Source of the DNA: Chiloscyllium plagiosum
Lineage: Eukaryota
Assembly: GCF_004010195.1 (NCBI RefSeq)
Contig: NC_057711.1
Location: 70,356,992-70,397,737 of the forward strand
Direction: 5' to 3'
Length of the DNA stretch: 40,746 bases
Shown here: one piece after another, positions 1-11,790 of the stretch
How positions within the stretch are numbered: the first letter of the stretch is position 1
Layout: each line of letters begins with the position of its first letter
Notes under the pieces: generated by a model
Told to the model about the DNA's origin: nothing
Database searches by the model: none
What the model saw: only the letters and a program-made list of their open reading frames with translations
Translations under genes and position numbers: made by a program

Positions 1-1377
1 AACAAGGCTGTAAATGGACATGTCTTCTTAGAAGAATTTGCTTCAGACTAATGGTAGGGCGAAAGAAGGGGTCCAATCAATGAGCAGACTTTAAAAGAAA
101 CTCCTGAGAGGACTATAATGTGCTTCACTTTCCAGATATATATTTACAACAAGGTCAAGAAAAGCAATGTGGGCTTAGAGATCAAAATACGGCAAGCAAT
201 GTGGTAGTACAGTTAAGCCTTGGAACTGGAAAGAAATTTAACTCTAAAAATGTCACAATTGAAAAAAAAATTAGAATCACAAAGCAGAATTAGATCCAAG
301 ATTAAACATTGTAACAATTACTATACTTTGTTATTAAAGATTAAACAATAGAAAAAGATCACCTCATATCAATAAACATGAACAGCTTAAGGTACAATTT
401 ACCACTTTTAAGAAATGCTTCTTTTGGCCTATATAATATACTGCTGCTACATCTCTATCACTTATCAAGGTGTCCGTCTCTATTCCAATGTCTCCCAAAT
501 GCCCTGTCATCAAGGGCATTTATTTAACTTTGCTTCTGAGAAAGCTCGTGCTGTCAGCTGCAATAAATATGAGACTAAAAATTCATCCTAAGTATAGAAC
601 TATTTTCTCTATTTTATCCCCATGAAAGGAGCAGTTCTTTCTGGCCCCAGTCCCACTTGAAATTTAATATACATACATTCACATTTTGGAGCAAGGACCA
701 TATTATGAGCACCCCGGGTCCATATGTTACTCAATTTGAGATAAGTTCAGTTCGGAATGTTTGAAAATTTGAGAATTCTTATTGAAGCAGTCTTGTGCAT
801 TGCACAACACTTTTCACAGAAACTTTTAATGTGTAGCAAATTCAGTATTCTGCAGGTTAATCAAATAGAGAAATATTGAGAAATGCATATGTTGGGGGAT
901 TTTCATTTTTGATTCGAAATTTTACACAGGGAATATATATCATTGGGGCATACACAAGATTAGGATAAAAGCCAAAATATGCAACATCTAAAGAAAACCT
1001 GGAGAATTTTGACATTCCACAAATATAAAATTAGATTCTCAGGCCATTCAAGAATAGTGATGAACTTAAAACACTATTAAGAATGCATTTAAACCTACAC
1101 AATGAAAAATATTTTTTCAAGGGCTTTTACAGAGAGGCTAACAGCATTAAAGAATGAATCCTGGAAGGACTTCATCAGCACACTCCATGGGGAAGCAAAG
1201 AATGACTAACAACTTCTGGATTTCAAAGCTTAAACTCCACTTGTGTAGACAACAGTGAGAAGTATTAACAGCAATCACTGACAATATCTGTGCCATTATT
1301 ATTGCAAAATCCATTGTATTAGTAAGAGAGTTTAAAAAAAATTGTATAAGTAATCAGATAATTAAACTGAATCTCAC

Positions 1378-1458
1378 CTTGGGAAGGTTTAACAGTTTGA
1401 GATGAATGTGCCTTGGAATGCAATGCTGCTCCTGATTGCTGTTCTAATTGTTGTTTAT
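1378..1458 (-). CDS. CEP120: Putative additional 81-bp symmetric (phase 1-1) CEP120 exon
   Basis: T-rich tract, then tgtatag| acceptor; stop-free in the incoming frame ((D)KQQLEQQSGAALHSKAHSSQTVKPSQ); strong AAG|gtgaga donor. No recognised homology. Confidence 0.6.
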
Positions 1459-1599
1459 CTATACATTCACCAGAATCAGTTATCACAGCAAGTAAAGACA
1501 AAAAAAAAGTAATGATTATCAATTTAATTCAACCACTGTCTAAATAGCTCTGGCAATTTCCAGCTACTACAGTATAATGAATTTGAAAGGACTTTTGTG

Positions 1600-1702
1600 A
1601 ATCTGTGGCAGTGTTCCTACTTCCGAGTCAGGAGGCCCGGTTCAACTTCTGCTCCAGAAGTGTGTAATAATGTCTCTGAACTGGCTTATTCAAAAATATC
1701 TA
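1600..1702 (+). mobile_element. Short degenerate tRNA-related SINE fragment
   Basis: gtggcagtgttcctacttccgagtcaggaggcccggttcaac: tRNA-like head with B-box-like ggttcaa; resembles a common shark short repeat. Confidence 0.4.
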
Positions 1703-1829
1703 TAATTAATGTGATTTAGGACAGTGGTACATACTAAGTTAACAACTTCAATTGTTTAACAGAAATGGTTTGGATTTTAAAATCAAAAATTCTGAATTTG
1801 TAAATGAAACTAAGCTCCAGGAAGGCTGG

Positions 1830-2812
1830 TCAACACTGAGGAAGACTGCAACAAATTACATGAATTAACTTGTAATTGGCAAATGAAGTTGAACATATAA
1901 AAAAGCAAGGTATTCCATTTTAGTTGGAACATTGCAGTTCACTTATTACTTAGGACATCAAAGTCTCGTGGCATACAACAAAGACATCTCAGACTATAAA
2001 CAACAAAATGTATGCCAAAGGATAACAAGGCTATGAAAAATAGCAAACCAGTAGTAGGCCTTATTGCTAGAGGGACAGAATTAGAAAACAGGAAAATTAT
2101 TACAAACATTCATGAAAACTTGCTTAGTGCATGCAGAATACGGCATATAGTTTTGGTCACAGTGGCTCAGTGGTTAGCACTACTCCCTCATAGTGCCAAG
2201 GACTCCAATTTAATCCTCCCCTCAAGCAATTGTCTATATGGAGTTTGCACACCGTCTCCATGTCTGCATGGGTTTCTGATGGGTGCTACAATTTCATCCC
2301 AGAGTCCAAAGATTAGCTGTGCTAAATTGCCCATAGTGTTCAGGGATGTGCAGGCTAGGTGGGTTAGCCATGGGAAATGTAGAGGGATGAGTCGAGGTGG
2401 AATGCTGTTTGGTGTGGATCCATTGGGCCAAATGGCCTGTTTCCACACTGTAGGGATTCTACGATTATGTCAATGATATATCCAAGCACTGGAGAGGGTG
2501 AAGAGAAGCTTCACAATTATAGTGCCAAAAATGCGCAATTATGTATCTGCAAAGAATTGATAAGGTGGACATCATTCTCTTGAAAAAAAAAGGTGAGAGG
2601 TGATCTAATAAAGATCTTTAGCATAATGAAACATTTTAATAGAGCATATATAGCTAGAATGTCTTTGTGTACAACCAGAGGTTATCGACACCAGATAGTT
2701 ACCAAGAACCCTGATGTGGAATTCAAAATAAACTTCCTTACCCCAAAGATTGGCAACAGTGTGGAACTGGCTGCCTAGGGACAGGCTGAAGTGAATAGCA
2801 TTGAGTTATTTA
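1830..2812 (+). mobile_element. Degenerate CR1-type LINE 3' region interrupted by a SINE
   Basis: Decayed RT C-terminal motifs (tggcaaatgaagttgaac; gaatacggcatatagttttggtcac = EY..FWS; ctggagagggtg = LERV; RGDLIKIF in ORF 2593..2778). Confidence 0.75.
2155..2468 (+). mobile_element. HE1-type tRNA-derived V-SINE
   Basis: A-box tggctcagtgg, V-domain-like ggagtttgcac...gtctgcatgggtttc, LINE-derived tail gggccaaatggcctgtttccacactgtagggattct. Confidence 0.88.
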
Positions 2813-5560
2813 AGAACATATAAAAGACTAGAAGAAATAAACTACTTGGCCCCTCAAACCTGCTCTATTATTCAATAAAATCATGATCTCTTTGTATTTC
2901 AATTTCTGAATCCCCATTTACTCTGAATAATCCTTATCTCACCTGCTTAACAAAATTCCACACACCTCTATTTATTTGGAAGTACTAGCTTTCAGAGCGC
3001 TGCTCCTTCATCTGGTAACTATTGGGGCAGGATTAGAAGACACAGAAATTATAGGAAAAGATCACAGTGTCATACAATTAAAACAATATATTGAACAAAC
3101 CTAGATTGCTGTTAAGTCTTTTATCTTTTAGAATGGGATGCAGGTTTCAGTTCATTCATCTGTAAATGTCCGAACTTCTTCTAAGTCACATTCTCGAGAT
3201 AACGTAAGGTTTTATATGAACAAAAGTGACATCTCAGCTGGGATAATGTATTAAAGATGTGAGGTTAGACTCTGTCTGTATCCCACTCTTGAGTCAGACT
3301 GGTTCTATTTCCAAAGTCGGAACTTGTAAAATGTTATATGGATTGACTGCCTGCAGGTTGTGTGCTTTTTGAGCAAAAATAGAACATGTCTGCAAATACA
3401 ACTCTGCAAATGCAAATTCACCCATAGACTTATATACATGCGTGTGTACATGTGAGAGTGAAAGAGAGAGAGAGAGACAGAGTGTGTACGTGAGTGTGCG
3501 TGTGTAAGTGTAAGTGCATGTGAGAGTGTGTGTTGCGTGCGTTCGTTCATGCTCGGTAGAGTGCAAGCGTGCATGTGACGGAGTATAGGCTTGGGAGAGA
3601 GTGTGTATGTGTGGATATGAGTGTGGGGGGTATATGTGTCGGAGAGACAATATGCCTATGTATGTAAGAGTGTGTGTGTATGCGTATGTGAGAGTGTGTA
3701 CAGTATAGTGGGGTCACCTGTAATGTGACATGAACCCAAGTTCCCTGTTGAGGCCATCCTCATGGGTACTGAACTCAGCTGTCAGCCTGTGCTCGGCCAC
3801 TCTGCATTGTTGCATATCACAAAGTCCACCTTGAAGGATGGTCACCTGAAAATCTGAGGCCCAATGCCCCAACTGCTGAAGTGTTCCCGGATTTGGAGGG
3901 AACACCCATTACCACCATTACACGTGGGGATACCACCACCATGTACACGGGCAGGTACTTATTTGACTCAGCCAATGCAGTCTATCTCATATGCGGCAGG
4001 CAAGGTTGCCCAGAAGGATGGTACATTGGAGCGACCAAGCAGACTCTATGACAATGGATGAACGGATACTGCACAACAATCGCCAGACAGGGATGCTCCC
4101 TCCCAGTCGGGGAACACTTCAGCGGTCAGGGACATTTGGCCTCGGATCTTCGGGTGACCAGTCTCCAAGGTGGACTTTGGGATATGCAACAATGCAGAGT
4201 GGCCGCGCAGAGGCTGATAGCCAAGTTTGGCATCCATGAGGATGGCCTCAAGGGGATTTTGGGTTCATTTCACACTACAGATGATCCCACTACACTATAC
4301 GCTCATACACACACATACATACTCATGCAGACCCTCTCTCATACACACACACACACCCCACACTCACACCCATGCACACACCCTCTCACAGGCTTATACT
4401 CCGTCACACTCACGCACACACGCAAACACACACTCTCTCACATGCACTCACACGCACACACACTCACTCTCCCTCCCTTACATGCATGTGCGCACACACA
4501 CACAAACTCATAAGTCTATGGGGTGAATTTACATTTGCAGAATTGTATTTGCAAACACATTCTATTTTTGCTCAAAAAGCACACAACCTGCAGGCAGTTA
4601 ATCCATATAAAATTTTACAAATTCCTACTTTGGAAATAGAATCAATCTGACTCAAGATTGGGATACAGGCAGAGTCTAACCTCACAGCTTTAATACACTG
4701 TCTGAGCTGAGATATCACCTTTTATTAATAAAATCTTAGGTTATCTGAGAAGGTGACTTAAAAGTAGTTCTGGGATTTATATATTAATGAATCAAAACCT
4801 GCAATCTACTCTAAAAGAAGAAAGACAACAGCAATCTAGGTTTGTTTAATATATTGTTTTAATTGCATGACACTGTGATCTTTTGCTATAAATTTTACGT
4901 CTTATGATCCTGCTCCACTAGTTACCAGATGAAGAAGCAGCTCTCTGAAAGCTAGTACTTGCAAATAAACCTGCTGTTGTGTGACTTTTAACTTTAATAA
5001 TAATCAATGATCTCTGTCTCCATTGCCTTGGACGCAAAAAGTTCCAAAGTCTCACAACCCTCAAAGGGGGAAAAAGAAATGCCCCTTGGTCCTTGACATT
5101 CTTTCCACATATTTGGCAAGACCTTTTAGAATCTTATACATTTCAATCAAGTCTAAACTCCCACGGAACCAAGTCATTCTATCAAATCTATCCTCATAAG
5201 ACAGCCCGCGCATTCCAGTTTCAATCTAGAAAACCTCCTCTGAACTGCCTCTAAAGCACTCATATTTTTCCTTAAATAAGGCAAGTAAAACTGCACACAG
5301 AATTCAAGACGTAATCTCACCAATGCCCTGTGAAACTGAAGCAAAGCATCCTTAACTTTTATGCTCCAGCTCTCTCATAATAAAGGGAGAGCATTCCATT
5401 GATCTTCTTGATTGTAATCCATACTCGTATACTAATCTTTTGACACAAACTCAAGAAAGCCCAAATCCCTCCGGACCTCATAATGCTGCAGCTGTTCTCT
5501 ATTTAAGTATTCTGTTTTTTTTTATTTGATCAAAGTGAACAACTTTGATTGTAATTCCAC
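2812..5560 (-). mobile_element. Minus-strand CR1-type LINE 3' end (2812-2970 and ~4996-5560) split by the Penelope fold-back
   Basis: aagaacata tail and ggcccctcaaacctgctct at left; continues with gttccaaagtctcacaaccctc, aacctcctctgaactgcctc, aaactgcacacag (reverse of CVQF) at right. Confidence 0.7.
2971..4995 (+). mobile_element. 5'-truncated Penelope-like element: GIY-YIG endonuclease remnant between ~0.9-kb inverted repeats
   Basis: From ~3953 reads DSANAVYLICGRQGCPEGWYIGATKQTL*QWMNG...LPVGEHF...LIAKFGIHEDGL (GIY-YIG pattern VY..YIG). 2971-3907 is the reverse complement of 4090-4969. Hammerhead-like cores near both outer ends. Confidence 0.9.
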
Positions 5561-5830
5561 TAAGTTCCTTCCTTCCTGTACCTCCTGATTTAGTTCTATT
5601 ATTGGAATTTCTTTTTGTATAGTGGACAAACATACAGGGGAGAAGTGAATAAAGGACTCCAAGGATAAATTTACATGAGGTTAGATGGGAAAAGACTCAA
5701 GTTGCAAAGCTAAGGATTATAGCTCTAAACAGCACAGCAAATATCCTAAGGTCACTTCAAATTATGCCCTGTGGTATTTTTAATTCAGTCACAGAAATAA
5801 TTTGCCTTAGCACTACCAAGTTGTACTCAC

Positions 5831-6053
5831 CTTTTTGAATCTCTTTATTTTCTTCTCCCTGCAGGCTATTCGCCTCATTTTCTGTGGCCTGGTCTCTGCT
5901 GGGAGGGGAATCACTAAGTTCGGGAGAAATGTTTGCAACATCTACATTCTTGGGCTTTTGTTCAGGAACTGAAGGTTTAACAGTTGGAGGAGAAACTATT
6001 CGCTGCATCACTGGAGACTTAGGTTCAGGTTCCATTTTACCTGGACTAGATTG
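5831..6053 (-). CDS. CEP120: CEP120 coding exon (human exon 8 equivalent), Pro/Ser-rich linker
   Basis: QSSPGKMEPEPKSPVMQ...SPPSRDQATENEANSLQGEENKEIQK; the motif matches human SPPTKDDATESEVESLQ. 223 bp, tttttaaag| and G|gtgagt; frame continues from the previous exon. Confidence 0.9.
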
Positions 6054-7043
6054 CTTTAAAAATATGTTATTTGGTCAATAGTGGAAAAGGCAAATTCTCA
6101 ACATCCAAATTATAATCAGAATATATAAAAACCTCTTAAGACAGAAAACAGATTCAAAGTTCAGTATTTAGATCTCCATTGATCACTGATATTTAACTAA
6201 TTAGATAACAAACAGAATTACATCATCTTCAGAATTTTAATTCCTGATTAGTTAATTAGCACAAAAGAATTAAAAAGCAAAGATTTTTAACCTAACAAAC
6301 AAATTCTAATTAGTGTAGAATCGTCAAGTAGCAACACTACATGCAACGCCTTTCAATGAAACAAATCTTGGACAACTCTAACAAAGCTAAATATCATAAC
6401 AAGAAACAGATTAGAAAATAATTTCAGAATAATAGTTTTATCTGGTACTCATTGATTCCAACAATATGTGGTCAAAACCACTATAGTTTTCAGAAGAAGC
6501 AGGATTTCAAGATGTAAGATAATGAAACTTGTTTGCATATCTGTACTGGTGCCTCCACTTTAATGTGATCATGTATTTTTAACCTTGTAATACAATTCTA
6601 AGCACTTAGAACAACATGTGTATGTTTGAAACAGAAATTGTGGTTGTGAGTTTGACATTCTGTAGTTATGCATTCCTGTTAAATGTAGTGCAGCAGCACC
6701 TCCATCAGTAGGAAATGCAACTACATTGTGACAAGTTTTCAACAACAATTTTCACTACAAATGTAAAAATAGGAATGTATAACAAAAATATCAAATGATG
6801 TGGAAGAACTACAAGACATTTTATCTATTAAAAATAGATGGGTGTATTTTTGACAATTTTATACATTCTTACCACCAGTTTTTAAACATAATTACAATAA
6901 TAGCACTGATTCTATCCACATGGTTAATATTCAGAAAGAAAGAATTATTACTTTCCTGACAGGTTTACAGTAAATTGTGACTGGATTCAAGCACAATGGG
7001 AAAAAAATTGCTTCATAGATGAAATAAGGCAAATAGTAACTAC

Positions 7044-7268
7044 CTGAGATTTTATTCCTTCTTTTCTAAGAGTTACTGACACGCCCACAGTCGGAGACAA
7101 CTCAAGTGGCAGAGGAGGGTCCTTTTGCTTTGCTTTGTTAGGTGGCACCAAAGTAAAAGCTCCTTCAACTGCTGCAGGGTGCTGATCTATTTCTTGGCCT
7201 CTTTTTAATAATCCTGCAAGTGAGACCTCTGTACTGCCCAATGACCTGTCGCCACAGCACAAATGAAT
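7044..7268 (-). CDS. CEP120: CEP120 coding exon (human exon 7 equivalent), end of C2B
   Basis: [75 protein letters not shown]; 225 bp, cttcag| and CAG|gtag. Confidence 0.97.
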
Positions 7269-7603
7269 CTGAAGTTTAAAGGAGAAAACAAAGTAGAGTA
7301 TTCATTTTGCACTTAAATCCACCATCCAGAGGCATGACTAGACTTTAGACATTTCAGATGTCATTTTAAAAAATTAAAATTTACAAATTTTACCTATCTT
7401 GTTCACTAAAGTCCCTTTGGGGAAAAAATTCTGCCAACTTTATCCTTATGTCATACTAGACGCACAGCACTATGGCTGATTCTTAACTGCCCACAGAAAC
7501 GATCCAACAAGCCACTCAGTTGTACTAAGCTACTATGGAAAATAATAAAACTAGACTGATCATGTGGCTGTGACTGAGGCATGAGATTTAGACAAATTGG
7601 CAA

Positions 7604-7695
7604 ATTCCTGATGAAGAGCTTCTGCTTGAAAAGTCTGCTCTCCTATTTCTCGGATGCTGCCTGACTGGCTGTGCTTTTCCACCGCCACACTTTTT
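7604..7695 (+). mobile_element. Single-arm Penelope terminal-repeat fragment with hammerhead-like core
   Basis: attcctgatgaagagcttctgcttgaaaagtc...ggatgctgcctgac; flanked by gacaaa(tt)ggcaaattc at 7591-7607 and 7696-7710. Confidence 0.75.
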
Positions 7696-8369
7696 GACAA
7701 AGGCAAATTCAGTCCAGGCAATTTTCTTTAATTTCAGACTCACCAAATTGTATTGTACAGCAAATGCTCTAAGTTCTCTCCAATTATCATTTCTATTTAC
7801 TTTCTATCCTATGGGGAGAACACTCTGGAAGTAGAGTCCCAGGAATCCTCAACATTGTCTCTAAACACAATGATAATGAATAGCATTAGACCAAAAATGG
7901 AAAAAGCTGCTTCTGCAGATTACCAGGTTTCAGTTGCATCTCAACACCACATGTAAGATGCACTAAACTCAATATGGGCATGGTCCTTTCCTGTCAATGA
8001 TGGCATTTTTTGGAGGAACAGGTCACATGTTTTATGGCACTACCAATTTGTTAAATGGGATAGGAAAGATCGAGAAGTTTAAAATTGGGTACACATTAGG
8101 CACTCTCAGCAATCAGAAAAAATAGTACTGTATTCCACCACAAACTGTAGGCTGCCATGTGCAGTCCTTATCCTGATAGGCAATTCAGCAATTAACAAGA
8201 AGAGGGTCCTTGGCTATTTCTACCTTCAACTATGGTATGACTCAGAAAGAAAATACAAAAGGCTTTTGAGAAGTTTTGAGTACAGAATCTCTGCAGTTCT
8301 TCTTCTATCGCCATAAGAACATGGCATACCTCCAGGCTCTCAATTATATTTTACTATTCAAACCTCAAA

Positions 8370-8540
8370 TCTCTTAATTCCCTTAGTTTTGAAGAATCTT
8401 TCAATCTCAGCCTTGAACAGACAATCAAAGTTCAGGATACAGAGCATTCTGAGAGATTGACAAACTTGCTCTTTGAAGAAATTTATCCTCATCTCTGCTC
8501 CTGAGGCAACACCCCCTAGTTAAAGACTCTCCAGTTAAGG
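8370..8540 (-). mobile_element. CR1-type LINE 3' fragment
   Basis: tcaatctcagccttgaac, gaagaaatttatcctcatctc and ccccctagtt motifs shared with the LINE at 17961-18300. Confidence 0.6.
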
Positions 8541-9459
8541 GAAATTGTTTCTCAACAATTGCATAGACGCTCAAATGACATGGACTGTGGTGAAAAATAT
8601 GGCAAGAAGTCCAGCAAGGACTACTTCAACATCAGGAACAATCATTACATATTTTAACTAGGTACTGGATGTAGACTCAAAATTCTTGCTAGACAGCAGT
8701 GAGGTGCATACTAAGGCTATTGCTTGCTAACAACGTTTTAACTGCTGATTTCACCTCTTTAATATGCAGCTTTCTACGAAGACATTTGCTGCAAGCAAAT
8801 GAGACATTGAGAATTCTGGACATGGGAGTCAGAGCGGATACCAAGTGTATTCAACTCAATGTTGGCTATCAGTACAATGGACATGCGCCATTGGCACTAG
8901 CCACACATAGCCCATAGCCACAGATATTTGACTCAGACATGTGCTAACTCTTGGCACGTCTCTCATCCACTGAAAATATGCTTCTGTGCTTCCGTGCTGC
9001 ACCTCAAAGTGCAAAGGGAATAATAGCTGGAATGCTACAGCAAGAAATGGCTCTCAGGGGCAGGCATCCAGTGCATGGACTGGATGAAGCTGCATCACAG
9101 AATGTTCGTTTGCTCTCTTAGTATTTAGCCACCTTTGAGCTCACCACACCTATGCTTTGTCCCTAAGCTCACAGTTTTGCTGCATTGGTGTGCTACTTAG
9201 CACAGACACAAAGCCAGGAAGGTTGTCAGCAGTCCTCAGTCAAGTCAAGAAAGATAGCCTTTGTTCAGTGGGCCCTGCAATTTAAATCAAGGGCAGCCTC
9301 CAATTCCAGTCCAAAGACGTGGACTTGATCAGTCAGTAGCTTGGGGTGGTCCCAGTCTGCAAAGCAAGGTGCTAATTTCTCCTTCTCTACCACATCAGGG
9401 GCAAAAATCAAGACCATGCAGGACAGCTTTGAATCCTCCACTGTCAACATCCGTGCAGG

Positions 9460-9615
9460 CTACCAATTTGCTTACAACACAAAGATAGGCAGCAAAGTTA
9501 ATTGTGAAGAGGATATATGCAAGCAATGAAGCAATTTAGATAAGTTAGTGAATGGACAAAGATCTAACAAATGGGGTATAATGTGGTAAATTGACCACTT
9601 CTGCAATATCAAGAA
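9460..9615 (+). mobile_element. CR1-type LINE RT fragment
   Basis: tttgcttacaacacaaagataggc = decayed FADDTKIG, followed by ttagataagttagtgaatgg. Confidence 0.6.
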
Positions 9616-9909
9616 AGAGTAAGTCAACACAGTTTGCACGTGGCAGAATTAAGAATGAAAACACCAGTCACGAGTCAGGGGATGCACACTGAGGTGGCTG
9701 TATGGCATGTTTTCACCTAATACATGAGCAGCCTGATAGGAATCCAAAGGTCAGACCAATTATGTCAAAATCTAAAATGGGAAACATTGATCTCATCACT
9801 GATTTTTCTTCACAGATCAGGACATCCATGTCACATTTTTATTTACTTTACCAAACAGCTGGCTTAACTTTGATAAGAATAAGGAAAAGAAGAGAACAGC
9901 AAGGACAAC

Positions 9910-10020
9910 AGAAGCAGAAACAAGACACTCAAGATGCTGCATCTGTGGAAGAACGAGCAACAGAATTTCTTCAGCAATTTCTGTTTCTGTTTTAGATATT
10001 TAGTATCCTCAATTTTTTGT
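9910..10020. mobile_element. Collapsed Penelope-type fold-back remnant
   Basis: gcatctgtggaagaa...cagcaatttctgtttctgttttagatatttagtatc resembles the arms of the element at 28273-28468. Confidence 0.45.
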
Positions 10021-10024
10021 TCTT

Positions 10025-10430
10025 TTTATTGAACTTTCAAGCCACTGGCTCCTTTCAAGGCTCATCTAGGGACATGTGGCTTCTCCAAATCAACCCACAA
10101 ACACAATCAGGAGTTCACAGAAAACAATATAGTTTGTCCTGTTTACCACAGAACCAGAAAGGGAAGGTGCCAGAACCATCAGATTTGCTGCCATTGTTGG
10201 GTACCCTCAGGTTCCAGGAGCCATCGACTGCAGTCATGTGGCACTGGGAACTCCCAGGCATCATCCAACCAGGTTCCCGAAAAGCAAGAGATGAAACTCT
10301 CTCAATGGTCAGTGCATTTGTGACCATAGACAACAATTCCTGCGGTCATGCACCCACTATTCAGTGAGCTGTCACAACATGCCGAACTCCCAGATTCTCT
10401 GAATGTCTGTCAGCGCCAACACAATCTCTA
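10025..10430 (+). pseudogene. PIF/Harbinger (HARBI1-like) transposase remnant
   Basis: LNFQATGSFQGSSRDM, then after a frameshift GYPQVPGAIDCSHVAL (10199-10246) and SLNGQCICDHRQQFLRSCTHYSVSCHN. These match Harbinger motifs ATGSFQ, GAIDCTH, SLNVQLVCD and YPGS.HD; a stop is present. Confidence 0.8.
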
Positions 10431-10592
10431 GGGCTGGACTGTGACTAATGATCCCAGTGCAAAACCATCAGTTTGATATCCATCAGTGCTTCAATGCAGC
10501 ACACACATTCACTAGTGCCATCAGTGAGGAGGGAACTGTCTTCTGAATATGCATTTCCGATGTCTGGACTGCTCACGAAGAGCATGCCGGTA

Positions 10593-10811
10593 CAGGTGGT
10601 TCTTCTGTAACATGATAGTTGCATTCATGTGCAACTCCGCATTACAGAAAAATCGCATTTTACAACCAGCAATTAAGGTGTTGGTGATGTAATCGCATTA
10701 CAGCCAATGCATGTTTTAAAAGTTTGCGTTTTAGAAACAGTGTCCCCAATTCATCAATCGCATTATAGCGAATTCGTATTAACGAAAGGCGCGTTAGAGC
10801 AAAATGACCTG
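10593..10811. mobile_element. Tc1/pogo (Tigger-like) MITE, ~220 bp
   Basis: Imperfect TIRs caggtggttcttctgtaac / gttagagcaaaatgacctg; flanked by TA on the left and TG on the right (mutated TA). Confidence 0.7.
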
Positions 10812-11044
10812 TGCTCATCAGACAGACTAAGACATAGCTTAATATAAGTGGAAATCTAAAAGAAGGGCTCTGGAACAGCTACTTAACTCCTCAGGCAAGG
10901 AAAAAATAAAACAATCTGATAAAGTTTCTGAAGGAGGCAGTGCTGATGATCAGGATGCTGAGAAAACGAGGGCAATAGTGAGACAAGGCAGACAGGCCAT
11001 AATAACCTGACAATGGCTATGCCTGATAATATTTTAAAAAATTT

Positions 11045-11790
11045 ACTCATAGATGTGGGACGTGAGCGTTGCTAGCTCGGCCAGCTTTTATTGCCTATCT
11101 ATAGATGCCCTTGAGAAGACATTGGTGAGCTGCCTTCTTAAACTGCTCGATCCATGTGCTGTAGGTAGACCCACAATACCATTAGGAAGGGAATTTCATG
11201 TAGATATATTTCCAGGTCAGGATGGTGAATCGCTTGGAGGGGAACTTGCACGTGCTGATTTTCCCATGTATATGCTGCCTTTGTCCTTCTAGATGGTGGT
11301 GGTTGTGGGTTTGAAAGGTACTGTCCAAGGATCTTTGGTGCAGACTATAAGTGGTACACACTGTTGTTACTGCATTTCGGTGGTGGAGGGAGTGGATATG
11401 GTGCCATTCAACTGGGCTGCTTTGGTGTGGATGGTGTCAAGCTGCTTGATTGTTGTTGAAGCTGCACTCATCCAGGTAAGTGGGGAGTATTCCATCATAC
11501 TCCTCACTTGTGTCTTGTAGACAATGGACCGGCTTTCAGGAGCCAGGAGGTGAGGTACTTACTGCAGCATTCTTAGCCTTTGACCTTACACTTTTTGCTA
11601 TTGTATTTACATGGCTAGATTGGTTCAGTTTGTGGTCAACGGTAACTCCCAGGATGCAGATAGTTGGGGGATTCTGTGATGGTAATGCCATTGTATGCCA
11701 TGGGTTGACGGATTGATCATCTCTTACTGGAGGTGGTCATTGCCCGGTATTTATGTGGCACAAATGTTGCTTGCTACTTTTCAGCCCAAT
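11045..11790 (-). mobile_element. Non-LTR retrotransposon 3' end (clade not assigned; same family as 30830-31580)
   Basis: Minus strand reads YKTQVRSMMEYSPLTWMSAASTTIKQLDTIHTKAAQL, a LINE RT C-terminal region; clearly homologous to 30830-31580. Confidence 0.8.

Noticed and set aside
1..1300. Next CEP120 exon (HHFCFSIDL)
   Set aside because: No matching codons found on the minus strand; presumably beyond the window's left edge.
3294..4650. His/Thr-rich ORFs
   Set aside because: Arise from CA/TG microsatellite tracts inside the Penelope inverted repeats.
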